A DNA stretch of 64,000 bases from Vicugna vicugna (GCA_013265495.1 MU058781.1:7359009-7423008), one strand, 5' to 3'. Positions 1 through 14,330 are shown, numbered from the stretch's first letter. Translations and numbers: made by a program. Notes: a model not told the origin generated them from the sequence alone.

Positions 1-200
1 AACAAGATTACACTGTATAGCACAGGGAAATATACACAAAATGTTATGATAAATCACAGAGAAAAAAATGTGACAATGAGTGTGTATATGTCCATGTATG
101 ACTGAAAAATTGTACTGAACACTGGAATTTGACACAACACTGTAAAATGATTATGAATCAATAAAAAAATAAAAAAAAAAAAAAGAAAGAAAGAAAGAAG
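1..200 (+). mobile_element. L1 3' end with poly(A) tail, runs off the window start
   Basis: L1 3'UTR-type sequence (ctgtatagcacagggaaatatac...), AATAAA near 160, then an A-rich tail decaying into (AAAG)n. Confidence 0.85.
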
Positions 201-339
201 TATTCGTTAGGTTTGTGATAGATTAACCTCTGTCAATTCTCTTGAGTATTATAAAGAAACTATTAAAAGATTGGTAGGAAATACTTGGGTGAAAATCAAT
301 AGAGTTTAAATTGACTTATTAAATATAAGTTATAAAGTG

Positions 340-1640
340 TATATCATTTTTGGACAAGGTCTCTCAAGTCAAAGAGCACCAGACAATAAGCATTGTGTCT
401 GCGATATTAGGCAATGAAGAATGTTTAAAAAATGTGAAGGAGTGGAGTATGGGTGATGGGATCGATACTGTGTATCTCAATCTGAGGGAGACTTTTGAAA
501 AGAAGTCTCATGCAGTCTTACTGAATGGGCTGCAGTGTAGCAGATGCTGCTGCCCCGTCCATATCCCCTCAGCACTCAGCATTCTGATAGCTCATTACTG
601 CGAGCACCTGCCACTTTCTGCCTGCGGACTTATCGGTCCCCAGCAGTGTGCTTGGCCCACATACAGGCCAGGGAGTTAACGCCTCCATCAACAGCACTCA
701 ATCGCTGAGAGATGAAAGTTAGTCCATGGCCCTGTACCCTAGTTTTCTCATCTCTCCAGAGAGATCCTGTCTTGGCTTCCTCGCTTCCCTTCCATGTTTC
801 CCTTCCCACTTTCCTTCACCAGCGCTTTCTGAGGAAACTTCCCAAATAAACTACCATTCTTTAAATCCAAGTCTTAGGGTCTTGTTCTTGGGGAAACACG
901 ACCTAAGACATAGAAAATTCTGGTCTAGAGCCTAAGAAAAGCAAATCATTTCTTCATTCATCATTTCAATAATGGTTGTTAATCAGTTTGTGTCTGAAGG
1001 GATGTTTATAGTGATAACCTGTGAAAGTATTTTTGCCTTATCTTTCTGAATTTTATAAATAATTGAATCAAAATGTAGAAAGTTTCTTAACAAATTTAGA
1101 GATGACGTAGTACTGGGGTAGGGGGATATGTAGTGAGTATGTTAGAGAGCAGAATCAGGGTCCACGTAATTTTTAATAAGCTGAAAAAAATCTAACAGAA
1201 TTTTACATTGATAGATTAAGATCCTACAAGTGAGTCTTCCAAATGTGTGATATAATCATTATGTTATAGCATTTTAGAGCTATTGGTAAATAGTAAACTT
1301 ACAGTTTGTTAACATTGTGTGTGGCTGCCAAAAATACAGATGTGATTTTAGGCTGGATTAATGAAGTAGTATCTAGACCAAAGGAGATGATAATTACATT
1401 TAATTCTGCAGTTAACAGACAATCCTGTTCTGAATACCATGCTTCTAAAAGTCTAGAAACAACCTGAATACTAGAGGAGAAAGGAGGTTGAAGGTAGTTG
1501 GAAATATTATATGGAAAAAGATGTAGTACATATGCTTGTTTAACATTAAGTAAAGAAGAGTCAAAGAATTTGATAATTGTCTTTCACTGTTTGAAGATCT
1601 TACCTGTGGGAAAGCAAACAGACATGCTTGAATGACCGCT
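340..1640 (+). mobile_element. Ancient CR1/L3 LINE fragments, interrupted by an LTR at 536-910
   Basis: Degenerate CR1-like RT and 3' motifs: gatactgtgtatctcaatctgagggagacttttgaaaagaagtctcatg; caaatttagagatgac; gtggctgccaaaaatacagatgtgattttaggctggattaatgaagtagtatctaga. Confidence 0.6.
536..910 (+). mobile_element. ERVL solo LTR (LTR16-like)
   Basis: Starts tgtagcagatgctg, ends gacctaagaca (TG...CA); cccaaataaactac poly(A) signal region. Confidence 0.75.
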
Positions 1641-2959
1641 AGAGTCATTCATGTCTGTATAACCAGTCTCTCATCCAATGCTTGCCTATGGTAAGAGCCC
1701 AATAAATGTTGGGTGAATGAAAAATTAATGTCACTGCGTATTCACCTCACTTAACTGTGCAGCTGAAAGAGGACACATACTCTTTTCATTTTTCTGTGTT
1801 TATCCATCCTTTTGTCTTATCTCATATTTGAAGTCATTCTTTGGATTGTGAAGTCAAGATGGAGGACCAGTTTTCTGCCCTATGAAATATTTCTCACATA
1901 ATAGTGAGTCTATAAATGCAAACGATACTGATTATGGTGTTGATGTCTCCTGATAAACACAGCCTCCAGTTTCCTACTCTCTTTCATTTAAACTGTCCTT
2001 GAGTTTATTGTCGACAGCAGTGGCAAGTGTCTGTGGTAATGTCGCTTCAGTCTTTTGTCCTGGCTGTTAAACTTTCCCTTTGCATTTCCTTCAGGTTGTA
2101 TCATGCTTCAGTACATTTAAATCTTAAGATAGCTAGCAAATATATGATGTAAGGAAATAATCCCACTGACTTCTATTATTCCTCACCACAAGATTTCCCC
2201 TGCTTCCCAATCATTTTATGCTTTCTTAGCAGCATATTTCAGATTGTGAATCAGATTAAATTTTAGAATAAAAACTATATGATGCATTTCTTTGTTTATG
2301 CATTTTGGAGTCCTCTCCTCTAGTACAGTGAGACAAATTTTTAAAAATTTTCTTATTACAGAGATGACTACCTTAAATGCATGAGTACTTACTTACTGTG
2401 GAGTTATGAGGAGGATGGCATCCTGCTGTGCATCCTTCAGGTCCCAGCTTGATAGCCTTTCCTGCCAGATGCTCCTTGTGACTCCCTTAGTTCAGCTAGC
2501 AGCATCTTGGGTGGGCTCCGCACACTGTCTCCGGCTACACCAGGGTTTGCATCCCACTCATCCCACTGTCTGTGAAGTCTGTTTACTTGTCTGCACATCC
2601 TAGCAGGCAGCAGAAGTTACAGCCTTAGCACTCAGTACTGTGCCTGGTGCATGATAAGCACCCACTGACTATGTGATTAGTATTTGTTCAGAACAATAGT
2701 TTTCCAAAAGGTGCTTTTTTTGGCTTTAGAAAGCTTCCATTATTCTGTTTCCTATATTCTTTCTCATTTTGATTTTTAACTCAGCATATCTGAACCTAAA
2801 GTTATAACCAGTTGTACCCCTTGATTACCATGCAAATTTTCCACATGGTTTTATACTTCTTTATGTTCCATTCATAGTGTCTCAGAAGCCAAATTTGGGA
2901 AAACCTAGACTGGGAAGATGCCCCTTCTTTGGTTTTTATTTGTTGTATTTTTTTTTAGA

Positions 2960-3095
2960 GCCGTATTCGGAGGTGTAACCTTGCCCAAGTCAGCTAGCTT
3001 CTGTGGACTGCAGTCTCCTCACCTGCAAAAGAAGGAAGGACTGGAGAATCCCCACGGTAAGTTCAAAAGACAACATTCTTTAATTCTGTGATTGA
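2960..3095 (+). mobile_element. MIR SINE fragment
   Basis: MIR core-like gtgtaaccttgcccaagtcagctagcttctgtggactgcagtctcctcacctgcaaaa. Confidence 0.6.
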
Positions 3096-3189
3096 GAAAA
3101 GTTTTCAGTAAAAGCTTTGTCGTTCCTCGCCCTTCCCTCCCCACCTCCTGCAAAGGCACCCTGATCATTTTTCCTTTTCTTTGGGCCTG

Positions 3190-3640
3190 ATGGTCTCTTC
3201 TTGTTTATGGCTGCCACTAATTTGCTCGTTTGCTTGCTGGAAAATAGCTAATTAAAACCCACTTCAGCTAACAAGCTGACTGGGACCATGCGAATGTCAG
3301 TCTCTGCTGTCTGCTGTTTCCGTTTATACTTTACGTTATTAGTGTTGTTTTTCCTCCCTGTGTTATAATGAATGCGAGGATAGATTTAGCGCCCTCTTCA
3401 CAGGTGTGCCCTGGTACCGCCGCCACCATCCCAGGAAAGCGCTGCTGTTTTACTGCACTTCAGCACTTGGAGGGTTATTACCCCTGACAGTTAATGGTTT
3501 CAGACTGCATTGCTTGTTAGCGCTAGATTTTTGAACAGCTTCATCTATCTTTTTGTTTTTACAGTGACTGGCCGCATTAAGAGTGTGTGTCTGAGCTATT
3601 AGTCCCGTCTGTTCATCGCATGCATTTCATTTGTGTAGGA
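3190..3640. promoter_or_regulatory. Candidate conserved non-coding element / enhancer
   Basis: Unique, complex sequence with locally retained CpGs, TAATTA/TAAT homeodomain cores and TGACAG (Meis/TGIF-type); conservation not tested. Confidence 0.4.
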
Positions 3641-6600
3641 TTCTTCTTTTCTCTCTAAAATTAGTATGTATTGTCATCCATATACTTCAGCACATCGACT
3701 TTTGTTATAATTATGCTGTCATCACTGTGCTTCCACACATTTGCTAATTCATTGTAGCTAAATTAGACCTAATATTAGCAATTTTGCAGCTGTTCCTTTA
3801 GAATATACATGGCCATATATTTGTATGTTATTTAGTGATTATATTCCACAGCAAAAAAAAAAAAAAAAGGACCTTGTTTTCAAGAGGGAGAGAGGGGAAA
3901 GATAGAAAAGGGGGAGTTCGATACAAGCAAATTCACCTGAGGGTGAAAAAGAGATCAAGAAAATGAAGAGAAAAATGCACTACAGGGAAGATATAAGCGG
4001 GAGATTCCAGAGTAAACAGAGAGCAGTGCACGCTTCCCTAGGATTGTGCAATTTGAAGGGCGTGTGTTTTAGGCCTGAGACTTGCAAAGAAGTGAGCACT
4101 CTCTGGGAAGGATATTCTCTGCTGGATTCTTCTGTTACTGTGAATATGCTACTTACTTGAATAGCTGAGCAAAGAATACCACGAGGAAATGATGGGAAGT
4201 TTTTGTGTGACTTGTGAAGGAAAGGAGAAGCACATAGGCAGTGTGGATGCTTCCATGAAAATGCGATGCCCAATATACCTAGGTTCAAGGTTTCCATCAT
4301 TAGGTTTAAAAACATGCCTGAATGGGAGACCGTGAGGATGAGGAAATGAGAATGGTTTGGATCTTTACATTGTCTAGAATAATAAACAGCTTATATGCAG
4401 GTTTTCACTTTGTTTATACCTGGTGATGATATTTCAAGGAATATTTTTTAAAAGTGCCTGTAGTGTGTACTCTGTGTGTGTGTGTTGCATTTTAATTAGG
4501 TTATGAGAATTTAGCACGATACAGGCATCTAAAATTATACAATAGCACATTTGTTATAATGTATAACACAAGATAAATGATCAACAAGACAGATTATCCT
4601 AGGACACAAACGGCCAGGTGTGAAGAGTCAGGTACTTTGTAAAGCCACCTGGGTACTATTTAATATATTGAGTTAGTAATCCCTTTAATGGGACCCTCAT
4701 GGTCTAAAAGAATTCATGGGATGGAGATGGAGATGGATATATGGATCTGTTCTTAAGAGGTAACTTACTAGGAGAAGCTAGCTCCAGGAGTACTGGTTGT
4801 TATGAATTTATTCTGTGTTTTAATGGACTCACACATTATGTACAATAATGAAAAATAAAATAAAACAAAACATAATGGCACTGCTGTCTTGACCTTGAGA
4901 ATATATCCCAGGAATGCCAGGTCTGCTTTCTTAGGGGTAAAGTCCTACCTAGTATGCTAGAGATTTGGGCATAGCATCCCTCTTAGATATTCACATTTTC
5001 ATTCCAGTCAGGCCGTAAGAGAGAGATTTTCATTGCTGACTGTGCCCCACTCTGACTGCCCTCTTCTGCTTCTTCCTCAGTAGAGATGAGTATCTCATTT
5101 CTCTTCTCTTCTCCAAGTGACCAAAGCCTGCTCTTCAGCTCTTAGAAAGCAAAGCAAATTGAAATGGCTGAAACATTTTGCAGTGTTGCTCCTCACTGGC
5201 GTCTTACACTTTTATGAAGAACACTCCGTTAAACTTAAAAGCATGATGTTCCAATAGTGGAATCTGGGGGGAGAATCAATAGGTGGGGAAGCTAAAAAAG
5301 TGAGGGTTTTAGAACTCATGAAACCAAAGTATGTAGAGAGTTATGGATTCATAAAGCTGGCTTTTTCCTTTTGAAAGAGTAATGGCCTTACTGGAACTCA
5401 CAAGGCCATCAGTAAACCTAAGCCCAACCTCACAGACTGTGGGGACAATCCCATCTGGGACTTAAAGCAATATTGATTTAATAAATAAAGGTTGAAAGCC
5501 AGAGACAGCAAACATCCAAAACCACCAAAAGCAAATGTAAAAAAAAAAATCCATGAGGTCCTTTTTCTGCCTTGGTATTGTTCCTCTCAGATCACGTTAG
5601 ATTGAAGAACCAGATGATAGGTTCTTGGCATGAATCATTTTTTGAGTGTAGAGCTCAAGTGGAATAGAAACACCAGCAAGAGATGGCCAGTCATTCTCTT
5701 GAAAACCCTTTACAGACTCCAGGCCCTGATCTCCCAGGAATCTACTGTGTTAGCCTACCCTTGCCTGTTGAGCTCTGACTCTACCACCTGTATCAAGAAT
5801 CAAAAATGGGTTAAATTCAAGTACTCCTCCCTCCACAGTCCACCTCTGCAGGTTCACAGAAACAGAAGAATGTTCCCACTCGACTTTCTTTGTCCTAATC
5901 TCCGTGGCTCCAGGGCCAGCTGCCCACCCAGATACCAGGGAAGGAGAAAACGGTTGATAAAAGCAAACAGTGGACTTTGAAATTTGCCAGATTTTCTGCA
6001 TGATTTGAAGGCTGCTTCCTGGACAGAGCCTGCTCTCTCAGTCAGTCAGACAGCCTCAGAGACGATGTTTGAGTTCTTTGCTATTCCACGCTGTACAGCA
6101 CGTTGTATTGTGTGGGGGCCAGAGTCTCTGTCAATCATTTCTCTCGGAAGATGTGGCTTTAGCTTTTGGTTTAGATTTTTACTACACCAACTTTGCCAAT
6201 TTTATTCAAAGAGCATTGCCATTTTTGCTTTACATGTTTATTGACAGTTAATTATAAGGAATAAATTGTATATAACTCTGGGTAGGATTAAGCCACCTAA
6301 TATTTACTGAGCAACTACTCAGTGCCTGGCATTTGTATCTTACAGGCAATTATGAGATATCAGAAGGCCCTTTTGATGGAAAATCAGTGTCTGAAATAAT
6401 ATTTTATAGGTTTCATTTATAACATTTAATTTTCTGCTTTCACATGATTTACATGGGCAACATACTCATCAGTAATCTTACTCATTACATTCTCTGTTTC
6501 TTAGTAGGGATGGAAATGGAGAATGGGTTGAGATATTCCACCCCATGGTGATTCAGGATCTCTTGGGCACAAGAGAATGTAGGATAGCTTAAAAAAATCT

Positions 6601-9291
6601 GTCACTACCCCTACCTCCAACTTTTCAACATCATGCTAGAGATTTTGATTTGTCTCTCTACAGTGTATAGCAGGTGTACCTTGTTTTTTCATTTTGAGAA
6701 ATATGGCATTCTAGAATGGATACAAGTTAATATGTACATCAGTAGGAATTAGCATGGTGGATACTATGCTAATGTGGTGGATAAAAATAAGCAAATAAAT
6801 AAAACAAAGCAAAATATTACCATGCGTGGTTTCTAGAATGGGGAGAAGAGTGTTCTGCTTGAATGAATTATCCAATGGATGAATTTTAAAGTAGGCTGAA
6901 GAGTGAAAAATAAAGTCTGTTGATGTCCTGGTGAGCTGCTACATTAGAGACAGTGAAGCTAGATAGGACATAGCTGCTTACTGGCTGGGGAGAGACATCA
7001 AAGCTGTAGAAAAACAGCTGGAAAGCTTGTAGGGCCCAGTGGTGTAGGCCTCATGTTTTTGTTGTAAGTTAACCCTGTCCTTAGCAGGGTGAGGACCTAG
7101 CTCTTGAGTTTCCACATTTACTCTCTTGGGCCTGTTGTCTCAAGAATTTTCTGTATATGACTGTATGTGTTATGTGTGTGTGTGACATGTCCAAAATTGT
7201 GCATACGCTCATGTTAAGTAGCTAAAAATTAATTTTAAATATCTTACTGGAGATCAATGTGCAAAAATTAAAATGCAAGCTCATATAATCCCCCCCAAAG
7301 TAGAACTACACAAAAGCTAAAGCACTCAGGAAACTCTTTGGTCTTCAGATTTCTAGATGTCTTGCAAATGTCTCAAGTTACAAAGTAAAATTACAACACT
7401 CATTCACCCTAAGATATTACCATAAACAGTGCTTTCAAAGTTTTCTACTGCAGTAATCCTAGAGTGTTCTCAGTGGCAGAGAAAAGAGAGCAAAGAATGG
7501 TGGTGGTAGTGGGTAGTTGTAGTCAGATACCAGCTGCTGCAGAAGAGAAAAAATATTTTAGAGTCTAATATTTTATCTTAACAATGTGAATTTTCCATTC
7601 TATTTAACAATGTATTTAGGGTTGTTCTAATTTTAAATGTTTTCCCCAAAAATATTTAAGTATAAGAAGAAGTCCCAAATTTTGATGCTTTAATGATTAA
7701 AGAATGACCTATCTAAAACAAAACAAAACAAAACAAAACAGCTGCATAGGCATACTTGTATCCAATTTGGGAAAAGCCACCTTAACTTATTATTGATTTC
7801 TGAAAGGAAGTTGGGGGAAAAAGAGAAAGAAGTCAGGTGAATGGAAAATGTTCTTCAAGATCATTGTGACTGTCTTGTTGGGAAAAGAGAATATGAGAGT
7901 TACTGACTTAGAATTCAGAATGTAGTCAAAAAAAGAGAGTTTTATACTGGTCCAGAGGATTTAATTATAAGAGCATTTTTCTTTTGTACTATTTCTAAAC
8001 TTTCTGTTTCCCAGCAAAATAAATTGGTTAGCCTACCTTTTCTTCTAACCAGTGGTTCTTAGAAGTAAAGAAGGTATAGAGAAGTTAGGTCCACTCTTTT
8101 GACAAAGCAACCTTGGGAAGGTGGACCAGTGTAGGGTAGATCCTGTTTTTGATAGAGAAGAGCAAGAGGAGGGAACCTGTGAAATGTGAGCCACAGCTGT
8201 GAGGTCTGCCTAATGCACCAGCACCTCTTTTCCGCTCAGAGGGTGCCTTACAATGAATTCAAACCCTTCAGCTTTGGAGGGCACTCATCAGCAGAGGGAA
8301 CCTGGACTATGAACTCCTGCTATCTTGGGACCTTGGGTGGGAAAACTGGTCTCAAATTGGGAGGGCAAAAATGGTTGGTGTCACATTCTGCCTCGTCCAT
8401 GAACTCAACAATTTTGACTCTTTATCCTTTATAGAAATGTCTGCTGCCAGGGAGGTTCAATGTCATTGTTTCACATGCAAGGATTAAGATAGTTCCCTAT
8501 TTTGAATTCCTCTAAATAGCCTGAGGCCAAAGGAAACAAACAAGCAAACAAACAAACACAGAAAGTCTAATATTTATTGGGTCATATAAAACCAAAAGCA
8601 AACAAAGTCTTCAAAGGACTGAAGAACTGTCACAGATTAGAGAAAGACGCATGACAATTAAATGTGACATGATATTCTGGATTAGATTTTGGACTGAAAA
8701 AAATAATCTAATTTGAAAAAGTGGAGAATTCTAATAAGGCCTGTAGGTTACTTAATACTGTGCCAGTATTAATTTCCTGGTTTTAATGATTGTGTTATGG
8801 TTATAAAAAATGTTAACATTAGATGGAACTGAATGAAAGCTATACATACATTCTCTGGAGTATTTTTGCTACTTTTAAAAATTCTAGTATCATTTCAATA
8901 TTAAAGTTAGAGAAATTTAAAAAAAAGAAAACTTCTGTCTCTGCCATTGAAAGGTCTAGAAATAATGAACAGCCCCAGTGAGTCCATCTAATGTCAATAT
9001 TGTGGCCTTTTAATACTATTTACAATTAAAACTTACCAGTGCTCCTTGGTGAAATTGCTCATTTCAGGTCTCTCTGTCATAATAGAAAGCAAAGTTATAA
9101 GAGACGAGATGGGTTAGGTCAGAAAGACTTTGGAGTAAACTTGAGAAATCTACGAGTGGCCAAAGATGGGACAATTTGAGCTGTAATGAGGATAACAACT
9201 GCAAAGGGTCAAAACATAAATTATGTTTAAATCCATGGGTTCATAAAGATGCTGGGGGAATATCCTAATTGGTCACCTTTGTAGGATGTTG

Positions 9292-9768
9292 GTATCAGGG
9301 AGGAAGAAAACTTCCCTTACCCTTCTAGTTTCTTCTGGATTGTCTAAGGGATAAATTAAAAGATTAGCAGGAGAAAATCAAATTTAATTTTGTGTATACG
9401 GGAACTCCACATACATAGGAGATTCAGAGACAGAAAAGTAAAATGAGCTATATAAGCCTTCCTGAGCTAGGGAATAGGATAGGGGCCTGGGGCTTCCAAG
9501 GACAGGAGGGTCATTCACAGGACAATAAAAAGAGCAGATGTTTGATAATTAGATGTTTGCCTTGCCATATAGATGGGGCCACTTAGATAAAATTTATCTC
9601 TCATAATAAATCTTTTTCTGGGAAAAATCCTCAATTTGAATTCTTCTAGGAGGTTAAGGAAGGGGCAGAAGTTTCTCTTGGACCCATAGGGTCTCAATTG
9701 CCTTTAGCTCAAAATGATTCTCATGCAAATACAGCACATTTTTGGGAGGTGCGTTTTGAACCTCTATA
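9292..9768. mobile_element. ERV1-type solo LTR nested in old L1
   Basis: L1 sequence stops near 9291 and resumes near 9769; LTR-like end ctcaaaatgattctcatgcaaatacagcacatttttgggaggtgcgttttgaacctct. Confidence 0.6.
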
Positions 9769-9884
9769 CTAAAGAACTTATAATTTTGAAAACTAATAAA
9801 TAAGGGAGAAAAACCAAGCATTTTCTTGCCTTTCCTATACAACTGAATCTCAGAGTAATCAACAGCAAATTGATTGAACACTAG

Positions 9885-10265
9885 AGGGGGCTTCTGATTT
9901 ATAGCCAGACGGTTGGTCAGACATGATAACCTGGACTTGACATTGGCATCCTGAGTTGGAAGGTGTCTTGGAATATACATTTTATGGCTGGTTGGTGAGA
10001 AGCACAGTTAATAGCCTGGGCTTGTGACTGGTGTCTAAAGTATATGTGGGAAGAGCACTCTTGTGGGATTGAGCCCTCAACCTGTGAGATCTAATGCTAT
10101 CTCCAGGTAGATAGTGTCAGAATTGAGTGGAGTTGTAGGACACTGAGCTGGTATCTGGAGAATTGCTTATTGGTGGTGGGGATTCCTACACACATATACA
10201 CACGCACACATGCACACGCACACACACACATATGCACTCACACACTGTAACTGGTGATCAGAACA
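9885..10265 (+). mobile_element. MER21-like LTR fragment containing a (CA)-rich tract
   Basis: cttgtgggattgagccctcaacctgtgagatctaatgctatctccaggtagatagtgtcagaattgag resembles MER21. Confidence 0.65.
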
Positions 10266-11299
10266 CCTTTTTAAATATCACAATGAATTTCAGTGGATCT
10301 ACGCAATGGTTACCAAGGGCTGCGAACATCACAAAAAGGTAAAACAACCAATTACTGTATTTCTCTAGATGGAAGCACCACCTCTGAACTAGTCTTGTTA
10401 AAATTTTTGATCCTGGATCTGTTTAAACATTTAGCTGTAACTAAAGTTTTAAAGGAAAGAAACATGCTTAAATAATACTGTTGGGATGCAAAATCGAAAC
10501 TATGGGACATCCTACTACCACAAATAACTGAGTTTCTTTAACAAAAAATTGCAAAAGAAAAAAGATTTAGGGGAACCTTTACATGAAAAAGTCTTAAGAG
10601 GCATATTAACTCACTGTAATATATGGACTTCATTTGGATCCAAATTCAAACATTATTAAAGAGATTATGAGGGATAGGAAAATGTGAAAACTAACTGGAT
10701 ATTTAAGGATATTAAAATTATTAATCTTTTGATGTTATAGTATAATGTGGTTGAGTTTAAAGAAAAACAGTATATAACCTTTAGCAATGTACACTGAAAT
10801 ATTTAAAGATGGAATAATATATTGCCTGAGGTTTACTTTAACGTAGTAAGAAGGAGGGGATGTGGGTGGGCGTTATAGACAAAAAAAGACTGGCCATGAG
10901 TTGATAATTGTCAAAGCTGGGTGATGTGTACATGTATTTTATCATACTGTTCTCTCTGGTTTTGTGTATGTTTGGAACTTTGAAGATAAAAAAGTTAAAA
11001 TATATTTATCGGATTTTTCATGAGAGAGATCTGATGAATTTATGGCATGACACAGCTGTATATGCCATACTCTAGTACTTCCCGTATTCTTCTCCCCAAA
11101 ATTCTGCCATATAGCAAAATAAGCCAGAGGCTGGAGGTGGACAGTCTGTTTGCTCTGCATATTCAACAAAATCAACAATTCATTACCAAATATTTTGCAA
11201 TAAGAAGAAGCAAGATGTGTTTTTCTAGCACTTGACCCCTACAAACTACTTTCTTTCTTTCTTTTTTTTTTTTACTACTTTTGGTTGTTTCCACTGTAA

Positions 11300-11339
11300 T
11301 CATCAAAATGTTTATGGGAGTCATCAAAATGTTTATGGG
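11300..11339. repeat. 21-bp-period tandem duplication
   Basis: tcatcaaaatgtttatggg occurs twice, separated by ag. Confidence 0.9.
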
Positions 11340-11649
11340 TAAAAAGTAAAATGAATTTGCTAGAAGAAAATTCTTAGTATTTTTCCTTAAAGTTTTGTCA
11401 AAACTTTTCTTATTCTCCCTTCTGAATTAGAAGTGAAATTAGAAACTTTGACTATGAAGACTCTTTGACTTTGGATTTCTTAATAAGACTAGAGAAATAA
11501 GAGGATTAAGAGTCCAGTCAATTTTATTCTCTTAGTTTCAAGATGAAACAGCAATTTTTTCCAACATCAGAAAATATATATGCTTTTCTCCCTGTATACT
11601 TAAGATAAAGTTTCAGCTGAATCATCAGATCAGGTTTAATTTATGAGGC

Positions 11650-12220
11650 TGTGAATTTTTGAATATATATGTTTTTAATCAAAGTCATGCCTTAACATGG
11701 CTAAAGTTCAAATAGTACAGATAAGCTTTTCTTCAAAAGTGCAACATACAAATGTCTCACCCATTCTCTCCATTATTTCTGCTCCTCAGGGGCAAACACT
11801 GATATTAGTTACCCTCACAGACATATGCAAGGATACTCTTAGGCATAATCTTGTATTATTTATTCCAAAACGTGCTAATACATCTTTATTTTTATTTTAC
11901 TAACTTCTGACATTATCTATTGACCAGTATTGACCTTTTGAGAACGTCATAAAAATGAAATAACGTTGCGTGAAGCCTTTCATGCATGGTTTCTTTAATT
12001 TAGCATCACATCTTTAATCCCTGTCGTTGTACATATCAATAATTTGTTACCTTTCTTGATGAGTTGTATCCCATTGTGTAGATATACCACAGTTTAGATT
12101 TATTTTAATTTAGAATGAATTAACAAATTGTAGGACATTTGAATATTTTCCAGTTTTTGATGGTTATGCAGACAAGTTTTTGTGTAAAAATACCTTTATT
12201 CTCTTGGGTAAATTCTGAAA
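11650..12220 (-). mobile_element. Old L1ME-type fragment
   Basis: gagttgtatcccattgtgtagatataccacagttt...ggacatttgaatattttccagtttttg...cttgggtaaat, antisense L1 3' region. Confidence 0.6.
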
Positions 12221-12439
12221 TTTAAAAATTACCATTGCTATTATTAATTCCTAAGATACTTTTCTTGTTTTCTGAAAATTCCTTTTGTTTCCCATAGTAT
12301 TCTGTCCTAGTTTTATGAATAGAATGTATCTTCGAATGCCCCTGAGGATCCCAGTGAGAGATTTAACAGTATAAAACATCTTCTACTCTTTTAACTTTTT
12401 GTTTCCTTTGGGGTCACTTTTTATTATGTTTCTTTTTCT

Positions 12440-12732
12440 TTTCTTTTTTTGTATGTTTTTTATTGAAGTATAGTCAGTTTACAATGTTGTGTCAATTTCT
12501 GGTGTATAGCACACTTCAGTCATACATGAATATACATGTATTCATTTTCATATTCTTTTTCACCATAAGCTACTACAAGATATTGAATATAGTTCCCTGT
12601 GCTATACAGTATAATTTTGATCATCTATTTTATATATACCAGTCAGTATCTACAAATCTCGAACTCCCAATTTATCCCTTCCCACCCCTCCCGTGCTGGT
12701 AACCGCAAGTTTGTTTTCCATGTCTGTGAGTC
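12440..12732 (-). mobile_element. 5'-truncated young L1 3' end
   Basis: T-rich tail then ttattgaagtatagtcagtttacaatgttgtgtcaatttctggtgta; probable TSD tgtttctttttct (12427) / tgtttatttttct (12733). Confidence 0.85.
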
Positions 12733-13477
12733 TGTTTATTTTTCTAAGTGTAGAATTTTGTAGGTTTCTTTAAAAAGTTGGTATTCGTTCATTGCCCATA
12801 TCTGTTTAAGACTAAAGCAATTAAAAGTTAAATGTGTGCTCCTTATGTGTTCATGAAGCTTGTTCATTGGTATGGAGGAGATAGGTCAGTCATATAGGGT
12901 ATTTGAGAATTTTTGATACACAGATTTCTAATCAACCTTCCTGTTTTCACCCCCATATTTCCTCCTCCATCTCTCTCCCTGGAATCTCTCCTTGAGGTGA
13001 TATTTACATGCCTTTCCCCTTATAACCTTTTTCTCCACATATAGGAATCAACTGAAAAGTAGACAGGTATCACATTGGAGAAGAAATGTCAGCTTTATTC
13101 CTGGAAAAACTGGACAAGATAAGATGGACTGGACTTGTGGCAACACTGGATTTTTATTACTTTTCCAAAAGCCTAGACTTGAATCTCACTTAAATTTACA
13201 AACAGGACAAGCATTGACACAGCCAGTTTGAGATCCCCTAGAAACTGGGCCTTAATAATTATGGGCCTCCAGACTTGGACATAGGTATGCCTTCGACCTG
13301 GGACAGAAGGGAATGTCTCTGTCCACAAGAGTTGCCAACCCTGAAAGTTGCAGTCACTCAGAGGCACTGACCTTCACGTGCTGAGAAGTGCTCATACCAA
13401 TTATCGAATTTACTCTTCTTTTGGTTCAGGAGGGTGGAAACAAGGTGGAGTGCCTGTGAATGTTCTCTCATTGTGGT

Positions 13478-13900
13478 TCTTTTAAATTTAAGTATAGTTG
13501 ATTTACAATTAGTTTCAAGGGTACAACATAGTGATTCAATTTTTAATAGGTTATACTCCATTTAAAATTATTATAAAATAATGGCTATATTTCCCTGTGC
13601 TGTACAATTTATCCTTGTTGCTCATTTATTTTATACACAGTAGTGTGTATCTCTTAGGCCCATACCCCTATCTTACCCCTTCCCCCCTCCCCACTGATAA
13701 TCACTAGTTTGTTCTCTATATCTGTGAGTTTGTTTCTGCTTTGTTATATATGTATTTTAAAGATTCTACATATAAGTGATAACAGAATATTTGTCTTTCT
13801 CTGTCTGACTTATTTCACTAAACATAGTCCCTCTAGGTCCATCCATGTTGTTGCAAATGGCAGAATTTCATTCTTTTTGTGGCTGAGTAATATTCCATCG

Positions 13901-13935
<35 letters not shown>

Positions 13936-14330
13936 CACATCTTCTTTATCGATTCATCTGTAAATGAACACCTAGGTTTCTTCCATATCTTGGCTATTGT
14001 AAATAATGCTGCTATGAACATTGGAGTGCATGTATCTTTTTGAATTAGTGCTTTTGTTTTCTTAGCACATATATCCAGCAATAGAATTGCTACATCGTAT
14101 GGTAGTTCTATTTTTAGTTTTTTAAGGAACCTCCATACTGTTTTCCATAGTGGCTGCACCAATTTACATTCCTACCAACAGCATAGTAAGGTTTCCTTTT
14201 CTCCACATTCTTGCCAATGCTTGTTATTTGTACAGTTCTTGATGATAGTCATTTTGCTAAGTGTGAGATGATATTTGTGGATTTGCTTTGCATTTCACTG
14301 ATGATTATCAATGTTACATATTGTGGTTTA
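13478..14330 (-). mobile_element. L1 3' portion (ORF2 C-terminus and 3'UTR) with internal (GT)n
   Basis: ORF 13833-14162(-) [22 protein letters not shown]...CTPMFIAALFTIAKIWKKP is the L1 ORF2 C-terminus. Confidence 0.92.

Larger units (their letters stand above)
8590..11000 (+). mobile_element. Old L1M (L1MC/ME-type) 3' region with nested LTR insertions
   Basis: L1M 3' motifs gacaattaaatgtgacatgatattctggattagatttt and ggccatgagttgataattgtcaaagctgggtgatg...ttttgtgtatgtttggaac. Confidence 0.65.

Noticed and set aside
13833..14162. 109-aa ORF with real protein similarity
   Set aside because: L1 ORF2 C-terminal remnant, not a host gene; the same applies to 20355-20543 and 61602-61865
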